Of a stretch of 64,000 bases of DNA, positions 9,715 to 19,287 are shown piece by piece (within the stretch, counting starts at the first letter, position 1; the number at the start of each line of letters is the position of its first letter). The notes beneath the pieces were generated by a model that was not told the DNA's origin, did not search any database, and was given only the letters and a program-made list of their open reading frames with translations. A program made the translations under genes and the position numbers. Origin of the DNA: an uncultured cyanobacterium. Its GTDB lineage: Bacteria; Cyanobacteriota; Cyanobacteriia; Cyanobacteriales; CAWUOF01. The stretch is from contig CAVUSO010000001.1 in NCBI GenBank assembly GCA_963744145.1, positions 7,136,001-7,200,000 on the forward strand. The letters are read 5' to 3'.

Positions 9715-10848
9715 TTGAGATATATGTTTTTTTTCGGAATTGAACATGAAGTTGCTTTCCTCAACCATGAAGGAAAATTTGCTGATTTCTCTGGTAAAAA
9801 ATGTGCAGATTTTGAGCAAATAGTTGACAAATTACCTCTATACATCAATGATGGCTCACAATTAAGGATTAATAATAGGGAAAAAAAGAAGCGATGGTAT
9901 ATGGAGGGATTTCCCAGATTTACTAATTCAGGAGAGTTAATTGAGTTTATCGCTAAAGGTATCGAAATTAGAACAACAATACATTCTACTATTCAAGGTG
10001 CAATTGATGAATTAACAACCAGCTTTTCTTTATTGAGAGAGGTAGCTGCTAGTTTTGGGTTTTTGCCTGTTTTAGTGAGTTTTAATCCCTATACTTGTGT
10101 GTTTGAACACCAATCACCCTTAAATGATTTTGAAACTAGACGATTACAAACTTATCCCGATGAACAAACTGTTTATATTTATATGGTTTCCTATGGGCCA
10201 GACTTAAATATTTCTGTAGCAGACTTACCGATGGAAAATGTAATTGATATTGGTAAAAAGTTGACTTATTACAGTCCATACATTGTTCCTTTTAGTTATA
10301 GTTCTCCTTTTTATAATGGTGGTTTATGGGAAGGTTTGTCAGTCAGGACATTTATCAGAACTGGAAAAAGATCAGCCGCACTAGTATTTGTTGAAAAACA
10401 GGAACAGCTAATTAAAAGTTTACCTTCATTAACGAAAATTGCCTGTATGCCAGCAGAAGTAGGTCGGATCGAGTTTAAAGCTTGTGATAGTTGTGATGAT
10501 TTTTCTATTTATGCGGGGTTACTAGCATTATTAAAAGGTCTGGTGTTAGATCAAACTTTAGAGGGTCGAGCTATTATACCTGATCCAGATTTACACCAAA
10601 TTTCAGCCAAAGCAGGGTTTGATCATGAAGATATTTTCTTGAATGCAACCAAGGTTTTACAAGCTGCTGAAGTTGCTCTGAAGAATGACCCAGATCTGGA
10701 ACTTTTAGCTCGATTAAAAGTTATTTTGGCAGAGCGAAAAACCAAATCCCATGAACTAAGTGAGATTTTTAAAAATTTAGGTTCAATTGAAGAAACACTT
10801 AGACAGACTTATCTTCAGCCCTCTTCTTTTGGTGACGAAAATAAATAG
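9715..10848 (+). CDS. Glutamate--cysteine ligase family 2-like carboxylate-amine ligase
   Basis: FGIEHE, GIEIRT, SSPFY.G and GRIEFKACD motifs; ATG start likely at 9724. Confidence 0.75.
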   Translation: MRYMFFFGIEHEVAFLNHEGKFADFSGKKCADFEQIVDKLPLYINDGSQLRINNREKKKRWYMEGFPRFTNSGELIEFIAKGIEIRTTIHSTIQGAIDELTTSFSLLREVAASFGFLPVLVSFNPYTCVFEHQSPLNDFETRRLQTYPDEQTVYIYMVSYGPDLNISVADLPMENVIDIGKKLTYYSPYIVPFSYSSPFYNGGLWEGLSVRTFIRTGKRSAALVFVEKQEQLIKSLPSLTKIACMPAEVGRIEFKACDSCDDFSIYAGLLALLKGLVLDQTLEGRAIIPDPDLHQISAKAGFDHEDIFLNATKVLQAAEVALKNDPDLELLARLKVILAERKTKSHELSEIFKNLGSIEETLRQTYLQPSSFGDENK

Positions 10849-12161
10849 GAGAAAACCGTAGGATTTACTCCTATATTCCGCATCACAATTACCACTAGCC
10901 AAAGATTCCAAATACTCAGAGTAAAAGTAGTAGTGAGGGCAGCTCCCATCGGTCCCCACAGCGGAATGGCGATCGCATTTAAAATCAGATTCGTTAAAGC
11001 AGCAACACAAGAAACTAACATTAATTGATTCTGATAGCCCATCATCGCCATCAAAGTCGCGACTGCTCCAGATAAAGAATTAATTAATTGCCCAATCACC
11101 AGAATTCTTAAGATCCAGTCGGCTTGGCTAAATTCTGCACCAAAGATCCCTAAAATGGGTTTGGCAAAAATGAATAAAAAGACAGCGATCGCCGTGGATA
11201 ACCAGAAAATCCATATACTCATAGCCCAAATAAGTTTCTGAAGTGCAACTCGATCATTTCTGACATTCAGAATACTAAAGCTCGGACTAACAACTGGATT
11301 AATCGATTGTAACACAAAACTGACCCAGAATGCTGTATTTGAAGCCGCGCTATAAATTCCCACCGCCTTAGTCCCGACCCATACTCCTAACATTAACGTA
11401 TCTGTTTGGACGAGAATTTCTTGAAAAATCAGATCAAGCAAGAGGGGAAGAGAAATTTTCAGCCAAGCATAAGGGGTATAAACAGGAGTAATTGGCCCTA
11501 TTTCTTGATTAAATTTCCACCAGATCCAACTCCCTTGGATTGCCAATATTCCTCCTAGAGTCCCGCAAAACACCCAGATCATCGGTATGCTGTTGAGCAG
11601 ATGATCATCTTGCCAGAGGACAAATGCTCCTAAAATAAGTAGAATCGGCCAAATCACTTTGGTGGGAGTATAAGCAAGAAAGAAATCATTGGCACCTCGG
11701 GCCAGGTCTTGTTGCAATAAAAGCAACCCTCTTAAGGGAACTACCCAAATCCCAATCAGTAAAACAGGAGCAAGGGAAAATTGATGATAGTAGTTAATTA
11801 GCAGGATTACTCCTGTGCCTAACAATCCCAGGAGTAAACCTGTACCTATAGTTAATTGCCAACTACCAAGAATTATTCCTCCCATTAATCCCCATTTTTT
11901 TTGCTCACGATATTCATTAATCAAACGGACAACCGTTCTAGGTAAACCCAGAGTAACCAATAGGGATAAGATCACAGACCAACTCATCACATATTGATAG
12001 ATGCCATATTCGGTTGTACCCATCCAGCGAGCTAGAAATATTTGGAGGAGATACATTAAAAATATCCCGGCAAGTCGCAATCCTAAAACTACTAAACTAC
12101 CCCGGGTGAGTGCAATCAGATTAATACTATCTTCAGTTTGAGCCAGAGCCGTTTGAGTCAT
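10815..12161 (-). CDS. Oligosaccharide flippase (Wzx/MOP family)
   Basis: Many TM segments; LARWMGTTEYGIY, TDTLMLG, VGIYSAA motifs. Start placed at ATG 12161 to avoid overlap with the upstream gene. Confidence 0.85.
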   Translation of the reverse strand: MTQTALAQTEDSINLIALTRGSLVVLGLRLAGIFLMYLLQIFLARWMGTTEYGIYQYVMSWSVILSLLVTLGLPRTVVRLINEYREQKKWGLMGGIILGSWQLTIGTGLLLGLLGTGVILLINYYHQFSLAPVLLIGIWVVPLRGLLLLQQDLARGANDFFLAYTPTKVIWPILLILGAFVLWQDDHLLNSIPMIWVFCGTLGGILAIQGSWIWWKFNQEIGPITPVYTPYAWLKISLPLLLDLIFQEILVQTDTLMLGVWVGTKAVGIYSAASNTAFWVSFVLQSINPVVSPSFSILNVRNDRVALQKLIWAMSIWIFWLSTAIAVFLFIFAKPILGIFGAEFSQADWILRILVIGQLINSLSGAVATLMAMMGYQNQLMLVSCVAALTNLILNAIAIPLWGPMGAALTTTFTLSIWNLWLVVIVMRNIGVNPTVFSYLFSSPKEEG

Positions 12162-12180
12162 GCTAAATACTGGATGATCA

Positions 12181-12492
12181 TCAGTTGTTATTTGCTTCTC
12201 CAAATAGGTGGCGCAAAATTCGTTGATTCTCAACTTGTATACCTCTGATATCGACTAGCATTTCTCGCATTTGGATCTGCATTTCTCGCATTTGCACTCG
12301 ATCAACTTCGGCATCTCGTTGAATCATCCTTAAAGCCTGTTGGTGTAGTCGAGCGATATCAGCCAATTCAGCGACAGTCATCTGAAGACTAATAAAAGCT
12401 CTGCTGTCAGTCTCCATTCGACTTCTGATGTCGGTGATCTGGCTCTCAACATTGGTCAATCGCTCATCTATAGAATTGTTTGAGTTGGTCAT
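12181..12492 (-). CDS. Small coiled-coil hypothetical protein
   Basis: QMREMQIQMREM heptad-like stretch; C-terminus paralogous to 1..177. Confidence 0.75.
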   Translation of the reverse strand: MTNSNNSIDERLTNVESQITDIRSRMETDSRAFISLQMTVAELADIARLHQQALRMIQRDAEVDRVQMREMQIQMREMLVDIRGIQVENQRILRHLFGEANNN

Positions 12493-12546
12493 AGTTTTAA
12501 AGTTTCTTCGGCTTTATTACTGTAACTGAGATAAAATAGCCAAATG

Positions 12547-12576
12547 AAAAAGCACAGGAAAATTCTGTGCTTTTTT
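12547..12576 (-). terminator. Terminator downstream of tRNA-Arg
   Basis: AAAAAGCACAG-GAAAATT-CTGTGCTTTTT bidirectional hairpin. Confidence 0.75.
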
Positions 12577-12592
12577 CTTATTTATTTTTCAA

Positions 12593-12666
12593 CGGGCTTG
12601 GAGGGACTCGAACCCCCGACCTTGTGGTCCGTAGCCACACGCTCTAATCCACTAAGCTACAAGCCC
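12593..12666 (-). tRNA. tRNA-Arg(ACG)
   Basis: GGGCTTGTAGCTTAGTGGATTAGAGCG-TGTGG CT ACG GA CCACA-AGGTCGGGGGTTCGAGTCCCTCCAAGCCCG cloverleaf. Confidence 0.97.
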
Positions 12667-12703
12667 TCAACAGATTTATAACATAACACAGTCTGATCTA
12701 AAA

Positions 12704-13225
12704 ATGCAAGAGTCTATTTCATCTTTTTCGCAATTACCTCAAAATCAAGATTTGACCCATTTAGATCGGGATGGTCAAGCCCAAATGGTGGATGTTTCCA
12801 GTAAACAGCCAACTCGACGATCTGCCGTCGCGATCGCCCAAGTGAGAATGTTATCAACTACTTTAGCAGCGATCGAAACAGGTAATACCCCCAAGGGTGA
12901 TGTTTTAGGTACAGCCCGACTAGCAGGAATTATGGCAGCCAAGCAAACTGCTCATCTAATTCCTTTATGTCACCCGTTACCTCTACATAAGATTGAGGTT
13001 CATCTCACCCCAGATTTCCATTTACCAGGTTATCAAATTCGGGCTGAAGTAGTGACTAAAGCTGAAACCGGAGTAGAAATGGAAGCATTAACTGCTGTTT
13101 CCATAGCAGCCTTAACTCTTTATGATATGGCCAAAGCTTTAGAAAAATCGATCCAAATTGAATTTATTCGTCTTTTGAGTAAAACCGGAGGTAAATCAGG
13201 AGATTATCATGCTGGGGGGGCTTGA
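12704..13225 (+). CDS. moaC: Cyclic pyranopterin monophosphate synthase
   Basis: LTH...[35 protein letters not shown]. Confidence 0.97.
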   Translation: MQESISSFSQLPQNQDLTHLDRDGQAQMVDVSSKQPTRRSAVAIAQVRMLSTTLAAIETGNTPKGDVLGTARLAGIMAAKQTAHLIPLCHPLPLHKIEVHLTPDFHLPGYQIRAEVVTKAETGVEMEALTAVSIAALTLYDMAKALEKSIQIEFIRLLSKTGGKSGDYHAGGA

Positions 13226-13232
13226 TTTTCTC

Positions 13233-13745
13233 TTAGAAAGTTTTGGGTACACAATATCGATTTAAAATTTCTTGTCCCCAACGCACAATCTTTTCTGAAC
13301 CTTCGATCATCAACAAATACCGACCTTGACGGAGATGATGACGATAAATTCCGGCGGTGTTACCTTCTCCCAAAAAACCAAATAAACCACCAAAAACGGC
13401 ACCGGAAAATCCCCCCATGATGGTGGCTGTGGGAATTACCCAAGCCCCATCAATTTCTATGGGCCAAATTAAATAGAAGCAAATTCCGAGAATAGCTCCT
13501 AATGTCCCCGAATAGATGCCCGCTAATCTGGCTTTCCGGAGGACGATTTGCATTGGGGTTAATAGTCCTACCAGTTCCGGACTGCTAAAACCTTCACCCA
13601 CGATCGCCAAGTTTTCTGGCGAAATTCCGTGATATTGAAGTAACCGATAAGCCTGAAAGGCAGAAGTTTCTTCATTTAGCACTAGAATTGCCAAGTAGGT
13701 TTGGCGTTTTAATGTTGCTTTGCCTAAAAATCTTGTCCCTGTCAC
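13233..13745 (-). CDS. Glycine-rich two-TM membrane protein
   Basis: GxxxG helices and YRHHLRQGRYLLMIEG C-terminus. Confidence 0.65.
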   Translation of the reverse strand: MTGTRFLGKATLKRQTYLAILVLNEETSAFQAYRLLQYHGISPENLAIVGEGFSSPELVGLLTPMQIVLRKARLAGIYSGTLGAILGICFYLIWPIEIDGAWVIPTATIMGGFSGAVFGGLFGFLGEGNTAGIYRHHLRQGRYLLMIEGSEKIVRWGQEILNRYCVPKTF

Positions 13746-13934
13746 AAAACCAATCCTTGCAGAGGATTTTTGATTTTATTATTATTCTAATTCTATTCTC
13801 ACTACTTATTTGAAGACAAAAGGATTTTTTTTGAAGAACTTCAGCAAATAACTAGGACAGACAAGATGTCTGTCCCACCAGAAAATAAATCGGGACTCCG
13901 GGCCAAAATTTCTCTTGGTCAGATCATAAGGTTA

Positions 13935-14230
13935 TAATCCAATCCGGTTTAGTTAACTGTAGGGGCAAAGCATTTCGGCGCATAAATGATGGCTAAAGCG
14001 TTTACCCTGAGCGTAGTCGAAGGGAAGAATAATATTACCGAAATGCTTTGCCCTCACCATGTATGCAGCCAACAGATCAACTATATATTAAAATCCCTTT
14101 AGGTAAGAATTTTTTGGGAAATCTCGGCGCAAAAGAAGGGTGAAGCATTCGGATCTAATATTACTGGTTTTATTGTTCAATTGTCGCTAAACATGCTTCA
14201 CCCCTACACCTAACTGAATGTATTGGGTTA
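13935..14230. mobile_element. MITE/REP cluster
   Basis: Imperfect TIR TAATCCAATCCGGTTTAGTTA / TAACTGAATGTATTGGGTTA; internal GGGCAAAGCATTTCGG...CCGAAATGCTTTGCCC hairpin also at 29.3-29.5 kb; related end near 51743. Confidence 0.6.
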
Positions 14231-16123
14231 ATCTTCTCCAATCAACACTTGAAAAGCACTCATTTCCCGGAGAGAATCAAAATCAGCATTAGTTTTAGCG
14301 ATCGCTTTAAGTCTTTCTGGATCAATTTTAATGGCTTGGGCTAAATTTTCTATGGCTAAATCAGCTAAATTTTGTCGGGCATAACAACAAGCTTTATTAT
14401 ACCATCCATTTCCATAATCTGGTTTAATTTCAATCGCTTTGTGGTAACATTCTATTGCTTCTTCATAACGATCTAACTTATTTAAAGCATTGCCCAAATT
14501 ATTCCAAAGTGAATGATTATTAGGTTCAATGGAAAGAGCTTTTTCACAGCATACTATTGCTTCTTTATAGAGTTCCATTTTCATTAATATTTGGCTTCTA
14601 TTCTGCCAAGCTTTGACTAATTCTGGATGAATTTCAATACTTTTATCATAAGCTTTTAATGCTTCCTCATATTTCGACAAATTACCCAACATTAGGGCTT
14701 TATTATACCAATAATTATAATTATTAGGCTGACTCTTAATAGCTTGATCATAAGCAGCGATCGCTTCTTCATATCGTTCTAAACAGCCTAATTCTATCGC
14801 CCGATTATATAAGGCATTTAAAAAACTTGGTTGAATACTTAAGACTTTTTCATAAGCATCTAAAGCAGCTTCATGTTGAGACAACTTACTTAATCCTACA
14901 CCTTTATTATACCAAGCCTCATAATAATCCGGTTTCAAAGTAATTGCTTGTTCAAAACTAGCGATCGCTTCTGTATATCGACCTAATTTATGCCAAACAA
15001 ATCCTTGATTATACCAAGCTTTATAAGCATCTGGTTTGACCGCGATCGCTTGGGATTGAGCAGCAATAGCTTCTTCATATCTTTCTAAATTTGCCAAAAC
15101 ATTTCCTTTCCCAATCCAAGCATTACAAGTATCTTTAATCAGCCAATCTTGAACAGAAGATTTTGGTTTAATTGCTAGCGATCGCTCATAAGAAATAAGT
15201 GCTTCATCGTATCTTTTTAATTTATTTAAAATATTTCCTCGATTCTGCCAAGTTCCCGCTCTATTTGGGTTTAACTTAATTGCTTGATTAAAACAAAACA
15301 GTGCTTTTTCATTTTTATCCATTTTCATTAACCCAAATCCCAGGATATCCCAAACATCATAGATACCGATTTTTTTCTGAACTATATTAATTACAATTAC
15401 CGTACCAATAAATAGACCAATAATCCAAATAAGATCATTTTGATGAAAGAAAAAAGCCCCGTAGGAAGCCAAAGTGCTTGGGATTCCAATCAAATCACCA
15501 ATCAGAAATGTGAGTGATAACAAAAATAAATTTACTGGTGGAATTAAAAATATAATTATAAAGATACCAAGCATTCCCAATCCAGCAAATTTGCGAATTT
15601 GAGTTCGCAGAGAAATTGGTAACCAAGGTTCAATAATCCCATAACCATCTAAGGGAGGAATCGGTAATAAATTAATTAGAACTGCATAGATTTGGAGAAT
15701 AATCAGAAATGCTAAAGATGCCCAAATCCAACCATACTGTTGGGGGGATAACCAAAAACCGGATCGATCGGTTTGGATGAAGTGTAAGGTCAAGCGAAAA
15801 GGTATGGTCAGGAATAAAATCAACAGGATATTTGTCAGCGGACCAGCACCAGCAACTAGACTTTGACAGTAGCGATTACGTAACTTGCTTCGATCGATAT
15901 AAACCGCAGCTCCAGGGAGAGCAATTCCACCCAGACATAGAAAAATCACGGGGAGAATAATACTACCGAGGGGATCGATATATTTAAGAGGATTAAGAGT
16001 TAAGTAACCCTTATCTTTAACCGAAGTATCTCCACCCCAATAAGCAGCGATCGCATGACCAAATTCATGGAGACAAATTGAGATTAACCAACCCAAACAG
16101 ACAAAAACTGTAACAGATAACAA
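14228..16123 (-). CDS. Site-2 protease (M50) fused to a TPR array
   Basis: HEFGH and NLLPIPPLDG motifs, followed by about ten 34-aa TPR repeats. Confidence 0.9.
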   Translation of the reverse strand: MLSVTVFVCLGWLISICLHEFGHAIAAYWGGDTSVKDKGYLTLNPLKYIDPLGSIILPVIFLCLGGIALPGAAVYIDRSKLRNRYCQSLVAGAGPLTNILLILFLTIPFRLTLHFIQTDRSGFWLSPQQYGWIWASLAFLIILQIYAVLINLLPIPPLDGYGIIEPWLPISLRTQIRKFAGLGMLGIFIIIFLIPPVNLFLLSLTFLIGDLIGIPSTLASYGAFFFHQNDLIWIIGLFIGTVIVINIVQKKIGIYDVWDILGFGLMKMDKNEKALFCFNQAIKLNPNRAGTWQNRGNILNKLKRYDEALISYERSLAIKPKSSVQDWLIKDTCNAWIGKGNVLANLERYEEAIAAQSQAIAVKPDAYKAWYNQGFVWHKLGRYTEAIASFEQAITLKPDYYEAWYNKGVGLSKLSQHEAALDAYEKVLSIQPSFLNALYNRAIELGCLERYEEAIAAYDQAIKSQPNNYNYWYNKALMLGNLSKYEEALKAYDKSIEIHPELVKAWQNRSQILMKMELYKEAIVCCEKALSIEPNNHSLWNNLGNALNKLDRYEEAIECYHKAIEIKPDYGNGWYNKACCYARQNLADLAIENLAQAIKIDPERLKAIAKTNADFDSLREMSAFQVLIGED

Positions 16124-16214
16124 AGTTTTGCCTCAATTTTGGAAATACTTAAACTATTTGATTATCACAAAAAAAGATCAGAGTGTCAGTTCAGATCAAA
16201 ATATTTTTTTTTCA

Positions 16215-17327
16215 CTAACCTAAAAACCTGGTTAAATCTGGCACATCTACCCATGTACCAGTAGCGTGAGATTCGTGAGTTAAATCGATTAACAACTGAG
16301 AATAAACCCCTTCGCGTAAAGTTGGGGTGATTGCTTGACCACGCTCAATTCCTTCTACCCATCGGTCAACAATTCGGATAAATGGTGCTAAACGACCATC
16401 TAAATAAGTTTCAGGAAATTCTAGATGAGAGGGAAGATCAAGCTCGGTCAAAGATTCACCATGAGGAGCAGCCCAAAGTCGAAAACCATGGATATAATCT
16501 TTCTGACTCTCATTACCTAAAATTATCGTACCCTTACTCCCATAAACTTCCACCCAATGTCCACGTCCTTGATCAGTCACGGAACTAACACAAAGATGAC
16601 ATGGTGTCCCATCGGTCAATTCCAACATAATCATACAAGTATCATCAGCATCAACTGGTCGAAATTTACCACCTGCGGTAGGATCGGGACGTAAAGGAAT
16701 TGCAGTAGTGAGATGTCCAGATAAGCGTCGGATTGGTCCAAATAACCAGCTAATATAATCAAAACTATGGGATGCGATCGCACCGAGAGCACCTCCACCT
16801 TGATCTTGACGAGAATACCAATTCCAAGCTCGATTGGGATCACTCCGACTAGAAACTAACCAATCGATTTTAATTAAACGTTTTTGACCAATATACCCAG
16901 CTGCTAACATTTCTGCTAACATTTGCCAGTGCGGGATACAACGAAATTCAAAATCCATCATCCCAATTACATTTTGGGATTTGGCTAAATGGTAAAGTTC
17001 CTTAGCTTCTATGGCTGATAGTGTGGTAGGTTTTTCTAATAAAAGATGTTTTTTTGCAATCAAGACAGATTTGGCCATTTCATAGTGCAGAAATGGGGGT
17101 GTAGAAATGCTGACTGCTTGGACATGGGGATTGTCCAGAATTTCGGTGAGGCTGTCGCTACTATAGGGAATATGGTGATTATTCGCGATCGCTTGAGCTT
17201 GAGCTAAATTGCGGTGATAGACTGCGACTACTTCAGTCTGAGGATGGATTTGGAATCCAGGAATATGAATTTTTTGACCAAATCCAGTCCCAACTACCGC
17301 AATACCGATTTTTGAGGAGAGTGACAT
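16215..17327 (-). CDS. Gfo/Idh/MocA oxidoreductase
   Basis: VVGTGFG, HLLLEKP, GGGAL motifs. Confidence 0.9.
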   Translation of the reverse strand: MSLSSKIGIAVVGTGFGQKIHIPGFQIHPQTEVVAVYHRNLAQAQAIANNHHIPYSSDSLTEILDNPHVQAVSISTPPFLHYEMAKSVLIAKKHLLLEKPTTLSAIEAKELYHLAKSQNVIGMMDFEFRCIPHWQMLAEMLAAGYIGQKRLIKIDWLVSSRSDPNRAWNWYSRQDQGGGALGAIASHSFDYISWLFGPIRRLSGHLTTAIPLRPDPTAGGKFRPVDADDTCMIMLELTDGTPCHLCVSSVTDQGRGHWVEVYGSKGTIILGNESQKDYIHGFRLWAAPHGESLTELDLPSHLEFPETYLDGRLAPFIRIVDRWVEGIERGQAITPTLREGVYSQLLIDLTHESHATGTWVDVPDLTRFLG

Positions 17328-17425
17328 AACCTAGCTACCTATTTTTCTTAGTGCATCATTTAACCATCAATTTCGGTAGCTAGATCAACAGAATCACCTC
17401 AAATATCCAAAATTCTATTATTGAT

Positions 17426-17569
17426 TTAAGAATTATTTTTAACATCATTGAGAGCTGGTCCAGAATGATGATTATGATTAATAACCAACCATCGACCAGT
17501 AGAAGGATCGCGATAAACCGCGTAAGGATTAGGTTTGAGATTTTTGCTAACAGTTTGCGGGTTAGTCAT
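17426..17569 (-). CDS. 47-aa microprotein
   Basis: MTNPQTVSKNLKPNPYAVYRDPSTGRWLVINHNHHSGPALNDVKNNS*, with an AGGAG RBS; paralog immediately upstream. Confidence 0.7.
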   Translation of the reverse strand: MTNPQTVSKNLKPNPYAVYRDPSTGRWLVINHNHHSGPALNDVKNNS

Positions 17570-17612
17570 TTTCGGAAGCTCCTGGGGTCGAGCGAAGATT
17601 GAGACTAAGGTA

Positions 17613-17720
17613 CTAATTATTCGGTTTAATTACGATCCACTTACCAGTTTGGGGATCGCGATAAGTGGTATAGGGATTAGCTCGCAATGGTTTGGGACAA
17701 GTAGTTAAATTTTTCATCAT
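17613..17720 (-). CDS. 35-aa microprotein
   Basis: MMKNLTTCPKPLRANPYTTYRDPQTGKWIVIKPNN*, with a GAGG RBS. Confidence 0.7.
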   Translation of the reverse strand: MMKNLTTCPKPLRANPYTTYRDPQTGKWIVIKPNN

Positions 17721-18027
17721 ACCCTGCCTCTTGTTTATAAGTTAATTGTAAATAGTTTTCTCGATCTCCTTCAGTGACTCCTATCTTGATGCCAATGTGA
17801 CAAACTAAGGGTTAAACTGGCGATCGCTGTCACTTTCACATTAATTAGGTAGCTGCATTAATTATGTAACTGCTCGCAGCTTGACTCTTAAAAATCTTGC
17901 TCATCAGGGAACTACTAGGAGTTTTTCCCCATCTTTATAGATACAACTTTGGGGAATTGCTGCGGATCAGTCTAGTTATTTATACTTAGTTTACTAAAGG
18001 TAGAGCCCAGATGAGAAAATTGCCCAT

Positions 18028-18102
18028 AAAAAAAGGGACGGAGGGTAGACATTTTCCCGAGGTGCCCTCAATCGTCCCAAGTTTGATCAACACTATTGTT
18101 TT
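18028..18102 (-). ncRNA. Candidate sRNA B
   Basis: -10-like TAGGAT (18115-18110); GGGACG...CGTCCC hairpin followed by T7; paralog of candidate A. Confidence 0.5.
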
Positions 18103-18124
18103 AACTCAAATCCTATCCAGAAAG

Positions 18125-18151
18125 CAATCTGGGGAGTGTCGGGGGTGAATA
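18125..18151 (-). promoter_or_regulatory. Conserved upstream motif, copy B
   Basis: TATTCACCCCCGACACTCCCCAGATTG; 26/27 identical to 18341..18367. Confidence 0.65.
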
Positions 18152-18233
18152 GTTATTTTTTTTGGGGGGGACTAGCCGATCGGGAATGGTTAATTTATTG
18201 CACAATGATCAATAGTTCGATTTTAATCACAAC

Positions 18234-18318
18234 AAAAAGGACGGTTCGACATCTCCGGTGATGTCACAACCGTCCCGCCTCTGACATGGTGCGCTTGTTG
18301 CCAACGCTCCTTTTTTGT
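18234..18318 (-). ncRNA. Candidate sRNA A
   Basis: -10-like GATGAT (18331-18326); GGACGGTT-GT-GACATC-ACCGGA-GATGTC-G-AACCGTCC hairpin followed by T5. Confidence 0.5.
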
Positions 18319-18340
18319 ACCGCAAATCATCTCAATTACA

Positions 18341-18367
18341 CAATCTGGGGAGTATCGGGGGTGAATA
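18341..18367 (-). promoter_or_regulatory. Conserved upstream motif, copy A
   Basis: TATTCACCCCCGATACTCCCCAGATTG, 216 bp from copy B. Confidence 0.65.
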
Positions 18368-18382
18368 ATTTTTCTGTGGGTT

Positions 18383-19174
18383 TTAAATTTGTGATGCCAC
18401 TTTTTGGGCGACAAACATATAATTCTGACAAAGTAAGGAGAATGGATATTTAAGTAAATTATCGCTGTAGTTCCACAGAGCTGCTATTAGTCGGGAATTG
18501 CGCCCAAATTTCGGCCCAAGTTCCCAGAAATTTCTCGGTAAAAGACCATATCGTTGGATTTCTAAAAGAGCAAACTGGGTTTGCTGACATAAGGTTTTGA
18601 TCTGAGCTTGGGTATAACGGTAACGATGGTGATGTTTACCAGGAATTTGGGACGCGATCGCTTCGATCAGGCTAAATTGATTGGGAAAATGATAACAAAT
18701 AAAATAACCTCCGGGTTTGAGAATTCTGGAAATTTCTTGTAAGCTGTCAATTTCGCTCCCAGAGGTTTCTCGGACATGTTCGAGTACCCCAACAGACACA
18801 ACTGCATCAAATTTACCTGTGGTCGCAGAAATAAGCTGTGGGTGGGCGTAATTTCCTAGCTCAAACTCGTAGTTTTGACTATCAAAATATCGGCGAAAAT
18901 AAAAATCGTCGAAAGAAAATCCCACAGTTTGGTAACCGGATTTTAACAGAAAGTAAGAAAAGTGACCATTACCACATCCCCAGTCCAGTACAGTTTTGCC
19001 AGTGGGGATATACTTTCGTAAAGTCTGGTAAAGCAGGGTATACTGATGGGCACTTACTAGACTTCGGAATTGTCGTAGATTGCAATGATGATCCTGTTCC
19101 TGAATTTTGATCAGTTCCCAAATTATTTGCTCTGAGGTTAAAGGGTTAAATTCTCTAATTTTTGGAGGTTGCAT
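18383..19174 (-). CDS. Class I SAM-dependent methyltransferase
   Basis: VLDWGCGNG, FDAVVSVGVLEHV, RILKPGG. Confidence 0.9.
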   Translation of the reverse strand: MQPPKIREFNPLTSEQIIWELIKIQEQDHHCNLRQFRSLVSAHQYTLLYQTLRKYIPTGKTVLDWGCGNGHFSYFLLKSGYQTVGFSFDDFYFRRYFDSQNYEFELGNYAHPQLISATTGKFDAVVSVGVLEHVRETSGSEIDSLQEISRILKPGGYFICYHFPNQFSLIEAIASQIPGKHHHRYRYTQAQIKTLCQQTQFALLEIQRYGLLPRNFWELGPKFGRNSRLIAALWNYSDNLLKYPFSLLCQNYMFVAQKVASQI

Positions 19175-19287
19175 TTAGCTATAATTTGATTTGCCTTGAT
19201 TGCTGATTATGATCGAATTATCGGTAATTAATACTGATTAGCTGAAAAATTTTTATAAAAAATTATCAATCATCGTCAATTTGTCCA

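Noticed and set aside
18028..18367. Yfr1, NsiR1 or a c-di-GMP riboswitch
   Set aside because: No ACTCCTCACAC motif, no TCCGGA promoter repeats, and no GEMM consensus visible.
18223..18414. 63-aa ORF
   Set aside because: Overlaps the methyltransferase end and runs through the repeated motif and hairpin; better explained as non-coding.
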